Part shown: one piece after another, positions 28,061 to 37,569 of the stretch | Position numbering within the stretch: position 1 is the first letter of the stretch | How the letters are laid out: each line of letters starts with the position of its first letter | Assembly (NCBI GenBank): GCA_963813815.1 | Contig: CAWFAD010000011.1 | Location: 96,001-160,000 of the forward strand | DNA length: 64,000 nucleotides | Reading direction: 5' to 3' | From: an uncultured bacterium | GTDB lineage: Bacteria; Krumholzibacteriota; Krumholzibacteriia; Krumholzibacteriales; Krumholzibacteriaceae | Notes under the pieces: generated by a model | What the model was told of the DNA's origin: nothing | Database searches by the model: none | What the model saw: the letters and a program-made list of their open reading frames with translations, nothing else | Program-made: the position numbers and the translations under genes

Positions 28061-30664
28061 ATGATGGTCGTTCTTCGCATATTCGACACCGCCGCCGCGG
28101 CGCTCGCCGTTCTCGCGGGCTTCGGTCTCGCGGGCATTCCCGCGGAGCTCCGAATCGTGCTCGCGTTCTACGCGCTCTTCATCGTCCCCGGAAAGGCCCT
28201 GCGCAGACGTTTCTTCGACGCTCCCGCCGGCGCGTTCGAGACGGCCGGAGAGGTGTTCGTTCTCGGGGTCGTATTCGCTTCGCTCGCGGTCTGCGTCGGA
28301 TTCATTCCCGGAGCCTCCTATGGCGCCGTATGGATCGCGGCGCTCGGCGCCGCGATCGCGCTCATCTGGATGCCCGGGAGCGGCGGTGCTGGCTCGAGCG
28401 GGACGGCCGGCGCTGGAGCGGAGCCGGCGGAGGGCCGCGGGAACCCGCGCGCTCGGCGCCTCGCCTCCCGGATTCTCATGGCGTGTCTCCTTGCCGCGTG
28501 CTTCCTCGCGCTGCGAGGCAAGGGGGAGCTCGCCCCCGCGACCGATGCGCCCGATCACGTGAGCTTCGTCCGCAGGAGCGTCGAGAGCGGCGCGCTCTTT
28601 CCGCGCGACTCGTACTACCGCGAGGGGGACGGTGCGTCCCTCGATCCGCGCAAAGGGCTCTGGCACCCGGTGCTTTCGCTCTGGGTGCGCGGGGCGAACG
28701 CCCCGGCGGACGCCGTATGGCGAATGGCGCCCGCTTGCGCGGCATTCTTCGCCCTCTGCGTTCTGTACGCCTTCGCCGCCTCGATCGCGGGGGCGGGTAT
28801 GGCGGCGTTGCTTTCCGTCGCGCTCTTTCTCGTGTTCGGAGCGGGGGAGGGTGCCCTCTGGCTCGCGAAGCTCGCCTTCAGCCGCAATATGGCGCTCGTT
28901 CTCCTCTGGGCGGATTTGCATTTCATCGTCCGATATTGCCGGCACGGGCGCCGGAGCGACCTCGCGGCGGCTGCCCTCGCGGCGGCGGCGGGATCGGCGT
29001 TTCACGCGGCCTTCGTCCTGCAGGCCCTCTCGGCGCTTCTCGGCGCGCTCTGCTTCGTTCTCCTCGCCGCGGATGGAAAGTGCTGGCGGGCCCCCTTCGC
29101 TCGCGCGGCGGCCGCCGCGCTCGGCGCGATGATCCTTCCCGTCGCCCTGCGGTCGGCGGAGATCGCGGTCGCCCACAACCTTCTCCATACGCACCGGCAG
29201 GGCATGCTCGTGCTCTCGAAGACGCTCGCCGTCGTCGATCCGGCCGAGATTGCCGTGAGGCTCGGTCCCGGCTTTTTCTTCGCGCTCGCGGCCGCGCCTT
29301 TCTATTTCTTGATCAGCCGCGCTCGCGAGCGGCGCTCGCTCGTGTTTTTTCTATTCGCCGCGCCCGTCGCGATCGTGTTCGCGCCTCCCGCGGCGGTGGT
29401 CATGGAGCGGGCGATGGGATATCTGCACTACCGCATCCTCGACGCGGCGCCGGTCGCCGTCATGCTCGCCGTCGTGCTCATCGGGCTCGCGCGTACCGCT
29501 GCGCGGAGTAATTTCACCATTTCGTCGATCCCCGCGCGCATCGTCGCGCTCGCCGCGCTGGCGATCTTTGCGTGGTACCCGCTCCGCATCGGCTTGCGGA
29601 CCGCGTCCGCCGGAGTCGAGCTCGCGTTGCGGCGGCCCTCGTCGATCGAGGATCGGTACGCCGCGTTCTTCAGGACGCTCGAGGAGCGGGTTCCGCGGGG
29701 GAGCGTGATTGCCTCCGATCCCCGCACGAGCTACCTCGTTTCGGCGTTCAGCGACCAGTACATCGCCGCGACGCTCGATCAGCACGGCTCGCCCTCGGAT
29801 CCGCGGGCGCTCGAGCGGGTGCGCGGAATACGCGATCTCCTGAGCCCCGCGGTGGCGGCCTCCGCGAGCGCCGGATGGCTCGATTCGATGGGCGTGGAGT
29901 TCGTGCTCGTGAACGAGGATGCGAGGATCGACGACGACTTCTTCCGCAGCGTGCCTCCCGGGGGCGGGGCCGAGGCGAAACGGAAGATCGAGTCGTGTCC
30001 GGCGATGTTCAGGCGCGTCTTCGCGATTGAGGGGTTCGACCTCTACGAGGTGGAGCGACCTTTCGGGGCGGGGACCGATTCGGCTTGCGGGGAGCCGCTG
30101 GCGCCGCCGCTCGCGTGCGGGCGCGGCGAAGCGGGGGGATCAACCGGGGAAAGGGGCGACGGGGAACGGCTCGTCATCGATTACGCCGTCGACGCCGGAT
30201 GCGGAGTTGTTCTCTCCGGCGCCGTGATAGACCGCGCGATGCTTCGAACGATCGATACCCTCGCGGGATATTTCTGCTGGCGCGTGGATCGGGCCGTCCC
30301 GTACGGGCTGCCGCTCGAGATCGTCATCCGCCTCGACGGCTCGGGCGCGGCGGGAGCCGGGCACGACGGCTGGTATGGAAAACAATACCGGCGGTACGTC
30401 GAGCGAAAGCGGGGAGTTCTCTACCGCTCGACGTGGACCGAGAGGCTCAGGAGCGGCGCGGCGTATCCGGATCTCTGGCGCGGGGACGAGCCCGTGCGGC
30501 AGGACTTCGCGCTCGCGATCCCGAGGGGGATGGCGCCGGGGACGTACGAGCTGCGAGTGAAGGTTCGCCGCGTTCCGTATCTCCCGGTGCGGACCGTCGC
30601 CGACTATCTGGAGAACAAGGATTCCGCGCAGGGTACCGCGATCGCGCTCGTCTATCTGCAATAG
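28061..30664 (+). CDS. Large polytopic membrane protein, probable GT-C fold, with C-terminal soluble domain
   Basis: Many TM helices, TDAPDH loop motif, C-terminal VIASDP...VEFVLV and GTYELRV beta domain. Confidence 0.55.
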   Translation: MMVVLRIFDTAAAALAVLAGFGLAGIPAELRIVLAFYALFIVPGKALRRRFFDAPAGAFETAGEVFVLGVVFASLAVCVGFIPGASYGAVWIAALGAAIALIWMPGSGGAGSSGTAGAGAEPAEGRGNPRARRLASRILMACLLAACFLALRGKGELAPATDAPDHVSFVRRSVESGALFPRDSYYREGDGASLDPRKGLWHPVLSLWVRGANAPADAVWRMAPACAAFFALCVLYAFAASIAGAGMAALLSVALFLVFGAGEGALWLAKLAFSRNMALVLLWADLHFIVRYCRHGRRSDLAAAALAAAAGSAFHAAFVLQALSALLGALCFVLLAADGKCWRAPFARAAAAALGAMILPVALRSAEIAVAHNLLHTHRQGMLVLSKTLAVVDPAEIAVRLGPGFFFALAAAPFYFLISRARERRSLVFFLFAAPVAIVFAPPAAVVMERAMGYLHYRILDAAPVAVMLAVVLIGLARTAARSNFTISSIPARIVALAALAIFAWYPLRIGLRTASAGVELALRRPSSIEDRYAAFFRTLEERVPRGSVIASDPRTSYLVSAFSDQYIAATLDQHGSPSDPRALERVRGIRDLLSPAVAASASAGWLDSMGVEFVLVNEDARIDDDFFRSVPPGGGAEAKRKIESCPAMFRRVFAIEGFDLYEVERPFGAGTDSACGEPLAPPLACGRGEAGGSTGERGDGERLVIDYAVDAGCGVVLSGAVIDRAMLRTIDTLAGYFCWRVDRAVPYGLPLEIVIRLDGSGAAGAGHDGWYGKQYRRYVERKRGVLYRSTWTERLRSGAAYPDLWRGDEPVRQDFALAIPRGMAPGTYELRVKVRRVPYLPVRTVADYLENKDSAQGTAIALVYLQ

Positions 30665-30720
30665 AAGAGGGGGCCGATGCGGCGTGGGAGAGACCTCCCG
30701 CCCGCGGATCGATCGTCGCG

Positions 30721-31848
30721 ATGGGAGAAAACACGAAAAGGCCGGCGCGGGTCGCCTATTTCTCCGATGCCCCCTGGGTGGGCGGGGCGGAGCGGTACCT
30801 TCATCTTCTCGCCTCCGGCCTGCCGCGGGACGAGTTCGAGCCGTGTCTCATCGTGGATGACGCCGCGCGCCTCGAGACGCTCGTGTCGTGGATGCGAGGC
30901 TCCGGCGTGCCCGTGCACGAGGTTTCGCTTCCGGCGGGATTCGGGCCGGTGGACGCGGGCCGGTTCGCGCAAGCCATCCGCGCGCTCGACGTCGCGATAT
31001 TCCACTGCAACATGCCGGGGCCGTGGGGATCGAGATACGGCCTCGCGGCGCCGCTCGCGAGGCTCGGCGGCGCGAGGGCGGTGGTGTCCACCGAGCACTT
31101 GGCGATGGTGCCGTCCTTCGCGAAGGGCGCGCTCCTCAAACGCGCCGGGGGCGTCTTCATCGATCGCGTCATCACCGTGAGCGAGGACAACGTTCGCTGG
31201 TTGAGAGAGCTTCACCGGGTGCCCGCCGGGAAAATTCGCGTCGTTCGTCTCGGCGTTCCCGAGCCGCCGGCGGTGGACGGCGGGGCGGCGAGGCGCGAGC
31301 TCGGTCTCGGCGGCGACGATTTCGCGTGTCTCATCGTCGCGAGCATCGAGGAGCGAAAAGGTCATCGCTTCGCGCTCGAAGCGATCGCGCGTCTTCCGCG
31401 GGCGGTCAAGCTGCTGGTCGCGGGGAAGGGGGAAGGGGAGGAGGCGTGCCGCCGGCGCGCGGCGGAGCTCGGCGTTTCGGAAAGGGTTCGATTCCTCGGC
31501 TTCCGCCATGACGTTCCGGCGCTCATCGCCTCATGCGACGCGCTGCTCGTGCCGTCGCTCGTGGAGGCGACGCCTTACGTGATCCTCGAGGCGATGGCGC
31601 TCTCCCGCCCCGTCATCGCGAGCCGCATCTACGGCATACCGGAGCTCGTGACGGAGGGCTCGACGGGGACGCTCGTCGAGCCGGGGGACGTCGAGGCCCT
31701 CGTCCGCGCGATTCTCGCGTTGGAGCGCGACCGCGCCCTCGTCGAGCGCATGGGCGCCGGGGCGAGGGCGCGTTACGAGAGCGCCTTTCGCCTCGAGCGA
31801 TGCGTGGCCGAGACGGCCGCCGTTTACCGGGAGCTTCTCCAAAAATAG
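30721..31848 (+). CDS. GT4 family glycosyltransferase
   Basis: VGGAERY, RKGH, FLGFRHDV, EATPYVILEAMA, GIPE. Confidence 0.9.
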   Translation: MGENTKRPARVAYFSDAPWVGGAERYLHLLASGLPRDEFEPCLIVDDAARLETLVSWMRGSGVPVHEVSLPAGFGPVDAGRFAQAIRALDVAIFHCNMPGPWGSRYGLAAPLARLGGARAVVSTEHLAMVPSFAKGALLKRAGGVFIDRVITVSEDNVRWLRELHRVPAGKIRVVRLGVPEPPAVDGGAARRELGLGGDDFACLIVASIEERKGHRFALEAIARLPRAVKLLVAGKGEGEEACRRRAAELGVSERVRFLGFRHDVPALIASCDALLVPSLVEATPYVILEAMALSRPVIASRIYGIPELVTEGSTGTLVEPGDVEALVRAILALERDRALVERMGAGARARYESAFRLERCVAETAAVYRELLQK

Positions 31849-31891
31849 TTGAGACCGCGGATCGCCCGGGCCGGGTTGCGCGGCATCGCCT

Positions 31892-33040
31892 TCAGCGGGG
31901 CGCCCCCGGGTTGCGGCGCGCGGAGAGCGCCTCGAAGAGGCGGAGATAGTCGCCCGCTCGGTCGCTGACGTCGTGGTGCTCGCGGACGTAGGAGAGCGCG
32001 CGACTCGACATCTCGTTCCGGGACGCGGGATTCGCGAGGAGGGATCGCACGGCGCCGGCGAGACCGTCGATCGTTCCGCCGACGACGCCGAGACGGTTGC
32101 GGACGATCGTGTCGTCGGGATCGATCTCGAGGCTCAGAACGGGAACGCCGTGCCGCCAAGCGTGGAGGAAGGTGTTCGGAAAACCCTCGAGCGAGGATGT
32201 GTTGACGAGGGCGTAGGCGTCCCGGTAGTACGCGTCTATTTCATCCGGAGGAACGAAATCGATCTGGCGGACGTTCGGCGCCTCCCGCAGCCTTTCCATG
32301 ATCGAACGGTAGTACGCTTCGTTTCCGACCTTGCCTCCGATGAGAATGAAACGCGCCTCGGGGACGCGGCGCGCGAGCTCGACGAAGATCTCCGCGCGCT
32401 TCATCCAGCGAAGCCCGCCGACCCAGAGAAAGGCCGGCGGCGCCGCGGGGGGGGACGCCGGGCGGGCGGGAACGGATCCCTCGTCGGAAATAATGATGCC
32501 GTTTCGAATGAGGACGATCTCCCGCTTGAACTGCTCGCGCATGATCCGCTGCTGTTTTTCCGTCTGCGCGATGACCGCGTCGGCGCGCGCGATGCCCCAG
32601 CGATAGAGGGCCGCCATGGGAGGCGGAAGGTTGCCCTGACAGTCACGGTAGATGTTGTAGTCGCTTCCCACGGAAAAGGTGAAGGCGCGTCCCATGCAGC
32701 GCGCGAACCATGCGATCTGTCCCGTGAAAAAGGCGGTGGAGCGCTGGTTGTACACGTCGGCGTCGGCGAGGATCATGGCGCGGCGTATGGAGAGCATGTC
32801 GGGGAGAAAGCGCAGCTTGCGGTTTCCCTTGAAGGGGGTGAAGGATCTGATGAGCGTGATGCCCCCATCGTTCTCGATTTCGCGCTGTCCGTAATCGCCG
32901 ACGATGAACGAGACGGAAACGCCCCGCGAGGCGAGGTGGCGGCCGACGAGAACCTGCTGCGTTTCGGCGCCGCCGGCCCACGTCGTCGCGTCGGGCCGGA
33001 AGTAGGCGTAGGCCGTCGGTGAAAAGAAGCAAACCTTCAT
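31892..33040 (-). CDS. GT4 family glycosyltransferase
   Basis: GGAETQQ, WVGGLRWMKR, TSSLEGFPNTFLHAW. Confidence 0.88.
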   Translation of the reverse strand: MKVCFFSPTAYAYFRPDATTWAGGAETQQVLVGRHLASRGVSVSFIVGDYGQREIENDGGITLIRSFTPFKGNRKLRFLPDMLSIRRAMILADADVYNQRSTAFFTGQIAWFARCMGRAFTFSVGSDYNIYRDCQGNLPPPMAALYRWGIARADAVIAQTEKQQRIMREQFKREIVLIRNGIIISDEGSVPARPASPPAAPPAFLWVGGLRWMKRAEIFVELARRVPEARFILIGGKVGNEAYYRSIMERLREAPNVRQIDFVPPDEIDAYYRDAYALVNTSSLEGFPNTFLHAWRHGVPVLSLEIDPDDTIVRNRLGVVGGTIDGLAGAVRSLLANPASRNEMSSRALSYVREHHDVSDRAGDYLRLFEALSARRNPGAPR

Positions 33041-33103
33041 GCGCCACCTCTCCTGCGCGGCCGATTGGCGGACGCGGCGGCGCGCCGCGTCCGGATGGAG
33101 GGG

Positions 33104-33171
33104 ATACTAGCGTTCGATCCGGGCCGTTGCAACTGCATTCCATTGCATTTTCCGTTCCGCCCGCCTATACT
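33104..33171. promoter_or_regulatory. Back-to-back divergent sigma70-like promoters (GT4 / rmlA)
   Basis: Plus strand TTGCAT (33143-48), 17 nt, TATACT (33166-71); minus strand TTGCAA (33132-27), 17 nt, TAGTAT (33109-04). Confidence 0.6.
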
Positions 33172-33215
33172 CCCGTCAGGTCGTCGTTTTCCTGCCGAAC
33201 GAAGGAGAAAGCGGT

Positions 33216-33947
33216 ATGAAGGGTGTCATTCTCGCCGGCGGTCTCGGAACGAGGCTCTTTCCGCTCACCAAGGTGACGAACAAACACCTCCTGCCCGTGT
33301 ACGACAAGCCCATGATCTTTTACCCGATCCAGACCCTCATCAACGCGGGGATCAGGGACATACTCATCGTCACGGGAGGAGGGAACGCCGGCGATTTCCT
33401 GCGGCTCCTCGGGAACGGCGCCGACTTCGGGCTCGCGCACATCAACTACACCTATCAGCAGGGCGAGGGAGGGATCGCCGACGCTTTGAAGCTCGCCGAG
33501 TACTGGGCCGCCGGAGACCGGATCTGCGTCGTCCTCGGGGACAACATCATCGAGAAAAACATCGTTCGCGCCGTCGAATCGTACGGGCGTCAGAAGAGCG
33601 GCGCGAAGATCCTCCTCAAGGAGGTCCCCGACCCGGAGCGCTTCGGCGTGCCCGTGCTCGAGGGGAACCGGGTGGTCAAGATCGAGGAAAAGCCCTCGAA
33701 GCCCGCGTCCCGATACGCGGTGACGGGGATCTACCTCTTCGACGGCCGGGTGTTCGAGATCGCGCGGGATCTCCGTCCGTCGGCGAGGGGCGAGCTCGAG
33801 ATCACGGACGTGAACAACGCCTACATCGAGCGCGGAGAGCTCACGTGGGACGTTCTCGACGGGTGGTGGACGGACGCGGGGACGTTCGAGTCGCTCCGCC
33901 GGGCGACGAACCTCGTCGCCGAAACCGGCGCCAACAATCTCGATTGA
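33216..33947 (+). CDS. rmlA: Glucose-1-phosphate thymidylyltransferase (short form)
   Basis: MKGVILAGGLGTRLFPLT..NKHLLPVYDKPMI, LGDN, EEKP, SARGELEITD, WTDAGT. Confidence 0.9.
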   Translation: MKGVILAGGLGTRLFPLTKVTNKHLLPVYDKPMIFYPIQTLINAGIRDILIVTGGGNAGDFLRLLGNGADFGLAHINYTYQQGEGGIADALKLAEYWAAGDRICVVLGDNIIEKNIVRAVESYGRQKSGAKILLKEVPDPERFGVPVLEGNRVVKIEEKPSKPASRYAVTGIYLFDGRVFEIARDLRPSARGELEITDVNNAYIERGELTWDVLDGWWTDAGTFESLRRATNLVAETGANNLD

Positions 33948-33951
33948 AAAC

Positions 33952-34806
33952 TCAGCGGAAGGTCGCCCGCACGTACTCGTCGAGCGCCTCGCGCCAGCCG
34001 CGCATGGGGCAGAGCCCGAGCTGCTCGAAGCGCCAGTTGCGGAGGGCTTCCATCCGCGGGCGGGGTGCGGGCAGGGGAAAGGCGTCGGACGACACCGGAC
34101 GCAGGCGGCAACCCTTGATCCCGGCGGAGCGCACGATCTCCTCCGCCATGTCGAAACGGCTCACGCAGCCGACGTTCGCGCAATGATACGTTCCGTAACG
34201 CCCGCTCCCGATGAAGTCCCCGATCGCCCGGGCGAGGTCGATCGTGTAGGTCGGGGATCCGAACTTGTCGTTCACGATCGGGATCTCGCCCCCCCGGCGG
34301 GCCCGCTCGACGATCTTCGCGACGAATTTCTTGTCCTCCGCGCCGCCTCCGAAGAGCCAGCACGCGTAAAAAACGAAGTGCCGCGGCGCGATCTCGCGGA
34401 CGGCGAGCTCGCCGGCGTATTTCGAGCGTCCGTACTCGTTCGCCGGCGCGGGGGTGTCGGTTTCGATGTACGGCGTTTCCTTGCGGCCGTCGTAGACCAT
34501 TCCCGTCCCGATGTAGACCATGACGGCGCCGCAGTCGCGGGAGGCGAGGGCGACGTTGCGCGCGCCCTCCTCGTTCACGCTTCGCGCTGCGGCGGGATCG
34601 AGCTCGCAGGCGTCGACGTCCGTCATCGCCGCGAGGTGGAGCACATAGGCGGGCCGGGCGGCGCGGATCGCGCGCTCAATGAGGCCGGCGTCACGGATGT
34701 CGGGCTCGTCGAGGGATGCGGGGTGGATCTCGAAACGATCGCCGAGAACCTCGACCGCGGCTCGCCCCAGCATGCCGCGTACGCCGGTTATGAAGATGCG
34801 ATCCAC
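33952..34806 (-). CDS. rmlD: dTDP-4-dehydrorhamnose reductase
   Basis: ITGVRGMLG, AAMTDVDACE, YGRSKYAGE, GSPTY, APRP. Confidence 0.92.
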   Translation of the reverse strand: MDRIFITGVRGMLGRAAVEVLGDRFEIHPASLDEPDIRDAGLIERAIRAARPAYVLHLAAMTDVDACELDPAAARSVNEEGARNVALASRDCGAVMVYIGTGMVYDGRKETPYIETDTPAPANEYGRSKYAGELAVREIAPRHFVFYACWLFGGGAEDKKFVAKIVERARRGGEIPIVNDKFGSPTYTIDLARAIGDFIGSGRYGTYHCANVGCVSRFDMAEEIVRSAGIKGCRLRPVSSDAFPLPAPRPRMEALRNWRFEQLGLCPMRGWREALDEYVRATFR

Positions 34807-34827
34807 GAGATGCGCTCCGAGCCGCTT

Positions 34828-35284
34828 TCAGCGGTCTTTCCGGCGCCAATCGTACGGGATACTCCCCCGAGTGGGGATCGATCCGGAACTCGTCCGGATC
34901 GTCGTAGCGATAGAGCTCCGTGGGCACGTTGACGACGAGCGCCTCGCTCTCAGAAACGCACATGAAGCCATGGCACACGCCGGGCGGAATATGCACCCGA
35001 ACGGGATTGTGGATGCCGGCGAAGATCTCGACGATCTCGCCGTGCGTGGATGAGCCCGCCCGCCGGTCGTAGAGAACGATCTTCATCATGCCGCCGACGA
35101 CGACCATGTTGTCCGATTGCTTCGCGTGGTAGTGCCAGCCCTTGACGACGCCGGGGTACGCGGTGGTGAGGTACACCTGGCCGAATCGCGTGAAATCGCT
35201 CTCGTCGCTGCGGAGCATTTCCATGAGCCGTCCGCGCTCGTCGGGGATCACCCTGAGCTTCGTGATCGTGACGCCGTCGATCAT
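34828..35284 (-). CDS. rmlC: dTDP-4-dehydrorhamnose 3,5-epimerase family, apparent 1-nt frameshift near C-terminus
   Basis: DERGRLME, GVVKGWHYH, IPPGVCHGF; expected tail IPYDWRRKDR* lies one frame over, after a G5 run (C5 at 34864-34868). Confidence 0.85.
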
Positions 35285-35337
35285 CCGTGATTCCTCCGTT
35301 GATAGTGAACGCCAGCACCGAAAGGCCGCGCGGGTCG

Positions 35338-35366
35338 AATGTACCCGAGCCCCAGCCGCCTGTCAA
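35338..35366 (-). promoter_or_regulatory. sigma70-like promoter for rmlC-rmlD
   Basis: Minus strand TTGACA (35366-61), 17 nt, TACATT (35343-38). Confidence 0.6.
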
Positions 35367-36853
35367 CGCTTCTCGAGAAAGCTCTTGGCGGCCGTCCCGT
35401 CCGCTCCCGCCGCGCCGTCGCCGAGGACGTGAAGCACCGTGTCGGCGACCCCGAGCGGGGAGACGGCCTCGCGGCGGACGCGCCAGCCGTCGAGCGGTCC
35501 GACGAGGAGCACGCCTCCCGGGCGGTGTCCGCCGGAGATCTTTCGGTGGCGCGGGTTGAGCGTCACGAGCGGGCAATGAATCGACCAGCCCGTTCCGAAC
35601 TCCGGACGCATCTCGTAGAGAACGTCGGGGAAGCGGTCGAGGTGGGGACCGGCGTAGATCTCTTCGCGTCGCCGCGCCCAGAGAAATATTTCCTTTCCGG
35701 AGCGGTCGCGAACGCCGAGCAGGAGCGAGATGACCTCGTCGCGGAGCGTTTCGTACGAGCGCCCTTCCGCGGCGCACCGGTTCCTCGAGATCTCGACGCC
35801 TCCGAACGGATTGTTGCCGCCGAACTCCGAGGCGGTGGCGAGATTGTCGGCCCGCTCCGTCAAAAAATCCCCCTTCTTGAGCTTTCTCGTCCAGGGGAAA
35901 AGATGCGCCACGCGATAGGAGACGTCCTCGAGGTCGAGGCGGTGGAGCGTCTCGAGCGCGATTCTCTTGGCCCGGTCCACGTGATACCGGGGGCTCAGGA
36001 GGAGCGGACCCGAGACGCGGCTGCGTAGAAAGCCCGCGCGCATGAGGAGCTCGTTCACGTTGAAATGAAGTGTGGCGCGCCTCCCGTGGCCGTGATCGCT
36101 CAGCACGAGCGCGACGCAGCCGGGGCCCGCGGCGGCGACGAGCTCTCCGACGCAATCGTCGAGAACGCCGTGGAAGGCCCGGAGCGTATCGCCGTAGCGG
36201 CTCCGGCGCGGGTGCGTGGGATCGCCGGGATCCTGATAGCGCCAGAAGAAGTGGAACATCCGGTCGAGGGTCAGGAGCGTGACGAAGGCGAGATCCCACC
36301 GCTCGCTCCGCATGAGCCGCGCCGTATAATCGGTGACGCGGCGCGTCTCGGCGCCCGATTTCTCGGCGAACGCGGAGAGCTCGTGGCGCTCCGGGAAATC
36401 GACGATGCCGCCGAGGGGTGGGGTCTCGTGGCGATCCAGCGCGTCGGGAGGCTCGACGGCGGTGCGCCCGGAGATGAAAACGGGGCCGCTCGCCATGACG
36501 CCGCGGACGGGCCAGGGAGGATAGGCGAGGAGCGGATTCACGACGATGACCCGCTTGCCGGCGTCTCCGGCGCGATCCCAGAAGGTCTTTCCGCGAAAGG
36601 CAGCCGTGTCGACGGCGAATCGCTTCGCGTCCTTCTTGAAGTAGTCGATGCTTTCGAGAATGCCGTGCTCGCTCGGGTCGAGCCCCGTGAAGATGCTGAC
36701 CCACGAGGGAACGCTGTCGGGGGGGAAGATCGCCTCGAGCTCGCCGCCGTATCCCGACGAGGCGAGACGCGACAGGTGCGGGAGTCCGGGCAGAATGGGC
36801 TCGAGCACGCGCCAATCCATGCCGTCGATGCCGATGACGAGCATCCGGCTCAT
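35363..36853 (-). CDS. Alkaline phosphatase superfamily protein (predicted phosphohydrolase/phosphomutase type)
   Basis: VIGIDGMDW, PPDSVPSWVSIFTG, DRMFH, SDHG, SGGHRPGG. Confidence 0.82.
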   Translation of the reverse strand: MSRMLVIGIDGMDWRVLEPILPGLPHLSRLASSGYGGELEAIFPPDSVPSWVSIFTGLDPSEHGILESIDYFKKDAKRFAVDTAAFRGKTFWDRAGDAGKRVIVVNPLLAYPPWPVRGVMASGPVFISGRTAVEPPDALDRHETPPLGGIVDFPERHELSAFAEKSGAETRRVTDYTARLMRSERWDLAFVTLLTLDRMFHFFWRYQDPGDPTHPRRSRYGDTLRAFHGVLDDCVGELVAAAGPGCVALVLSDHGHGRRATLHFNVNELLMRAGFLRSRVSGPLLLSPRYHVDRAKRIALETLHRLDLEDVSYRVAHLFPWTRKLKKGDFLTERADNLATASEFGGNNPFGGVEISRNRCAAEGRSYETLRDEVISLLLGVRDRSGKEIFLWARRREEIYAGPHLDRFPDVLYEMRPEFGTGWSIHCPLVTLNPRHRKISGGHRPGGVLLVGPLDGWRVRREAVSPLGVADTVLHVLGDGAAGADGTAAKSFLEKR

Positions 36854-37569
36854 CGGGCGGCCACCTCCCGCGCGCGCGCGGCCCGCCAGACGGACGTCCC
36901 GGCCCACACGGCTTCGAAGACCCGTTCCACCTGCGGCGTCCCGTCGATGAGCGGCGCCGCGAGGATACGGGCCATTTCCCGGTAGTACTCTCTGCGGTCG
37001 GCGAGATAGGCGGCGGGGGTGCCGTCGGACTTTCGCGCGGCGCCGATCTCCGGATCGATATCGATGAACATGACGAGCGACGGCTTGGGGAAAAGAGCGA
37101 GCAGGGGATGATCCATGAGCTCCGTGATGCTTCCCGGGGGAATCGAGAAATTGACGGCGACGTCGATGAGCGTATCGTACACGTAGCGGTCGCAGATGAC
37201 GGCTTTGCCGCGGCGGCGCGGCCCGGAGAGACGGCTGCGCACCTGCCACGCGTATTCTCCCCAGACGAGCATTTGCCAGAGGTCTCGCTTGAGCCCGCGG
37301 CGCATGGTGCGGCGCTTCGCGTCGCGAAACGCGGCGTAGTCGTCACCGCCGAGGCGCTCGGTCGAGCGCAGGTACGTTTTCGCGAGACGGATGGCCGGCG
37401 CACTGAGACGGGGCTCCCATCGGTTCCAGACGGCTTCGGCCGGGATGCCGGCGTCGCCGAGCCTTTCGGCGAGGAGGGCGGCCTGCGTCGATTTTCCCGA
37501 GCCGTCGAGCCCGCTGACGACGATGATGTCTCTGCCGGGTCGCGCGCCCGCCTTGAAGGGCCCTTTCAT
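36850..37569 (-). CDS. Thymidylate-kinase-like P-loop kinase
   Basis: VSGLDGSGKSTQ, ICDRYVYD, FPKP...ARK. Confidence 0.8.
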   Translation of the reverse strand: MKGPFKAGARPGRDIIVVSGLDGSGKSTQAALLAERLGDAGIPAEAVWNRWEPRLSAPAIRLAKTYLRSTERLGGDDYAAFRDAKRRTMRRGLKRDLWQMLVWGEYAWQVRSRLSGPRRRGKAVICDRYVYDTLIDVAVNFSIPPGSITELMDHPLLALFPKPSLVMFIDIDPEIGAARKSDGTPAAYLADRREYYREMARILAAPLIDGTPQVERVFEAVWAGTSVWRAARAREVAAR

